Shown: positions 62,102-64,000 of the stretch, piece after piece | Position numbering within the stretch: the first letter of the stretch is position 1 | How the letters are laid out: every line of letters begins with the position of its first letter | Assembly: GCA_965222155.1 (NCBI GenBank) | Contig: CBDCTH010000012.1 | Location: 1,984,001 to 2,048,000 of the forward strand | DNA: 64,000 nt | DNA from: Gammaproteobacteria bacterium | GTDB lineage: Bacteria; Pseudomonadota; Gammaproteobacteria; Eutrophobiales; Eutrophobiaceae | Direction of reading: 5' to 3' | Position numbers and translations under genes: made by a program | The notes under the pieces: model-generated | The model's input: the letters and a program-made list of their open reading frames with translations, nothing else | Database searches by the model: none | What the model was told of the DNA's origin: nothing

Positions 62102-63523
62102 TTGATGAAAACTGACAAACTGGTCGCAGATATTCTCTTCAAGGGTGGCGCTATCGTCACGCTGGATAAACATAATCCCTACATCAGCAATGGCGCCATA
62201 GCCGTTGCCGGTAAGGAAATTGTCGCAATCGGATCCGCATCCGAGGTGATGGCCGAAATCGCCGCAGCGCGGCGTACTGTGGATTTTTCCGGCCTGACTA
62301 TGATGCCCGGTTTAATCGATGGGCATAATCATTTGTTTCAGCACCTCGGCAAGACGCTGGGGGACGGCCTGTCCCTGCTACCCTGGCTGGCGAAGTTCAT
62401 GATGCCGCTGGCGGCGGAGATCAACCGGGAGGACGCCATTCATGCGGTGCGCCTGGGTGCTTTAAACAGCGTACTGTGCGGAACCACTACCATAGTCGAC
62501 AACCATTACGCGCCGGTAGATGAAACAACCATTATCAGCGCAGCACAGGCGCTGGAACAAATCGGGGTGCGCGGCGTGGTTGCGCGCGGTATTTACGGCC
62601 GGATGGTGGAAGGCGGCAGGCGCATGAACAGCGACCCGCGCCTGTTCCGATACAGCAGTGCTGAAGAACTTGAAATCACTCGTAACTGCATCCGGGAAAA
62701 ACCTGCCGGTTCCCTGGTGGAGGTTTGGCCTGCGCCTGAAAACGTGGTCTACGTCGATCCGGATCTCATGCTTGCATGCCACGATCTGGCAACGGAATTT
62801 GACGTTTCCTGGCATTCACACTGTAGCGAATCCAGGTTTGAAGTGGATATTTTTACATCCATCTACAATATGAGGCCCGCCAGGTGGTTACATGAACAGG
62901 GAATTCTCGATGATCGTATCACGCTGGCACACGCTATCTGGCTCGATGAAGAAGAGATCGCCTTGCTGGGTGACGCAAACGCCAGTATCGTACATAACCC
63001 CGTGAGCAACCAGTACCTGGCTTCAGGTATCATCAAGCTCGGACCGCTGATGAACGCCGGCGCCAACGTCGCGTTAGGTTCGGACGGCGTCGCCGTTGCC
63101 GGAGAGAATATGTTCGAGGCCATGAAATCCGCTCAAATGTTGCAGCGTATGCGCGAACTGGACCCGGCGGCAACCAGTTCGGAACTGTTGCTGTGTCTGG
63201 CAACCCGGAATGGCGGCCGCATGCTCAGGAAAAATCTGGGCGTGTTAACGCAAGGCGCACTGGCGGACTTTATACTGGTTGATTTGAACGGCGTACATCA
63301 CCAACCCGGCAACAGGCCGGTATGCAATCTCACTTTTTCCACCCGCGGTTCGGATGTCAGGCATGTCGTGATTAACGGTGAAATCGTCGTCGAAAACGGC
63401 CGCTGTACCAGGGTGGACCAGGACAAGATCATTGCCGATGCGGTTCAGGCCTCGGGCAACCTGATCGAGCGTGCGGGATTACACAACCTGTGTGCAGATT
63501 GGATAGAACCCGATATTCATTGA
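62102..63523 (+). CDS. Amidohydrolase (MtaD/SsnA/AtzA-like deaminase)
   Basis: PGLIDGHNH, HSHCSE, LAHAIW, HNPVSN, LGSD. Confidence 0.88.
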   Translation: MMKTDKLVADILFKGGAIVTLDKHNPYISNGAIAVAGKEIVAIGSASEVMAEIAAARRTVDFSGLTMMPGLIDGHNHLFQHLGKTLGDGLSLLPWLAKFMMPLAAEINREDAIHAVRLGALNSVLCGTTTIVDNHYAPVDETTIISAAQALEQIGVRGVVARGIYGRMVEGGRRMNSDPRLFRYSSAEELEITRNCIREKPAGSLVEVWPAPENVVYVDPDLMLACHDLATEFDVSWHSHCSESRFEVDIFTSIYNMRPARWLHEQGILDDRITLAHAIWLDEEEIALLGDANASIVHNPVSNQYLASGIIKLGPLMNAGANVALGSDGVAVAGENMFEAMKSAQMLQRMRELDPAATSSELLLCLATRNGGRMLRKNLGVLTQGALADFILVDLNGVHHQPGNRPVCNLTFSTRGSDVRHVVINGEIVVENGRCTRVDQDKIIADAVQASGNLIERAGLHNLCADWIEPDIH

Positions 63524-63541
63524 TATGAGGCAGCGTTTTCC

Positions 63542-64000
63542 ATGAATAATGATAAAGATAATGCCATCCACGGGAAAATGCCGCTTGTTCAGGGGCTGCC
63601 GCTGGGATTGCAACACACCCTGGCGATATTTGCCGGCACTATCGCCGCACCGCTCATTGTTGCGGAAGCGCTGGATTTAAGCCCGGCAGACAAGACCCTG
63701 ATAATTCAGGCGACTTTATTCATGTCGGGCCTGGGGACTCTGCTGCAGTCGGCCGGCATCGGCCCGGTCGGGGCCAGGTTGCCGTTAGTCCTCGGCACCA
63801 GTTTCGCCTATATCGGTATTGCCATTACCATAGGCGGTCAATTCGGACTGAGCGCAGTTTTCGGCGGCGCATTGGCTGCCGGCCTGTTCCAGGTCTTTGC
63901 CGGACATGTCATCAAATACCTGCGGTTTTTATTTCCCCCGCTCATCACCGGCCTGTGTATATTATTAATCGGCCTCAATCTGTTACCGGTGGCCTTCAGC
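63542..64000 (+). CDS. NCS2 xanthine/uracil permease, 3'-truncated by the window edge
   Basis: LGLQHTLAIFAG, GARLPLVLGTSF, FPPLITG; frame is open to the end of the window. Confidence 0.88.
   Translation, partial: MNNDKDNAIHGKMPLVQGLPLGLQHTLAIFAGTIAAPLIVAEALDLSPADKTLIIQATLFMSGLGTLLQSAGIGPVGARLPLVLGTSFAYIGIAITIGGQFGLSAVFGGALAAGLFQVFAGHVIKYLRFLFPPLITGLCILLIGLNLLPVAFS

Overview
A 64 kb window from a Gammaproteobacterium. It has two conserved housekeeping blocks: ispH-lspA-ileS-ribF-murJ-rpsT-proB-obgE-rpmA-rplU, then ispB-tRNA-Pro; and thiL-nusB-ribD-nrdR-glyA. Accessory DNA lies between and around them. The left part carries a cytochrome P450 3' end, a REP-flanked RAYT (HUH/Y1) transposase, a TonB-dependent receptor, and a protocatechuate/gallate meta-cleavage cluster (ligI, galR/ligR, galD/ligU, ligK, ligJ, pobA-like, ligA, ligB, Rieske oxygenase). 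It also has an MpaB-like oxygenase / MMPL / lipoprotein-sorting / outer-membrane operon. The middle has a frameshifted, poly-G-containing YadA-type adhesin and a Fic gene behind tRNA-Pro. The strongest candidate for an undescribed system is an AT-rich five-gene operon (47994-54679) bracketed by a 181-bp duplication of the thiL 3' end. It encodes a possible ADP-ribosyltransferase-like protein, an unknown helical protein, a KGGVGR-type ParA/MinD ATPase fused to an ORC/CDC6/STAND-like ATPase, a Rossmann/CARF-like protein, and an amino (N6A/N4C) DNA methyltransferase with no cognate nuclease. Intergenic DNA is full of REP/REPIN/MITE families, including REPINs whose cores derive from the RAYT 3' end. 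All calls come from reading sequence and motifs by eye; no database searches were run.
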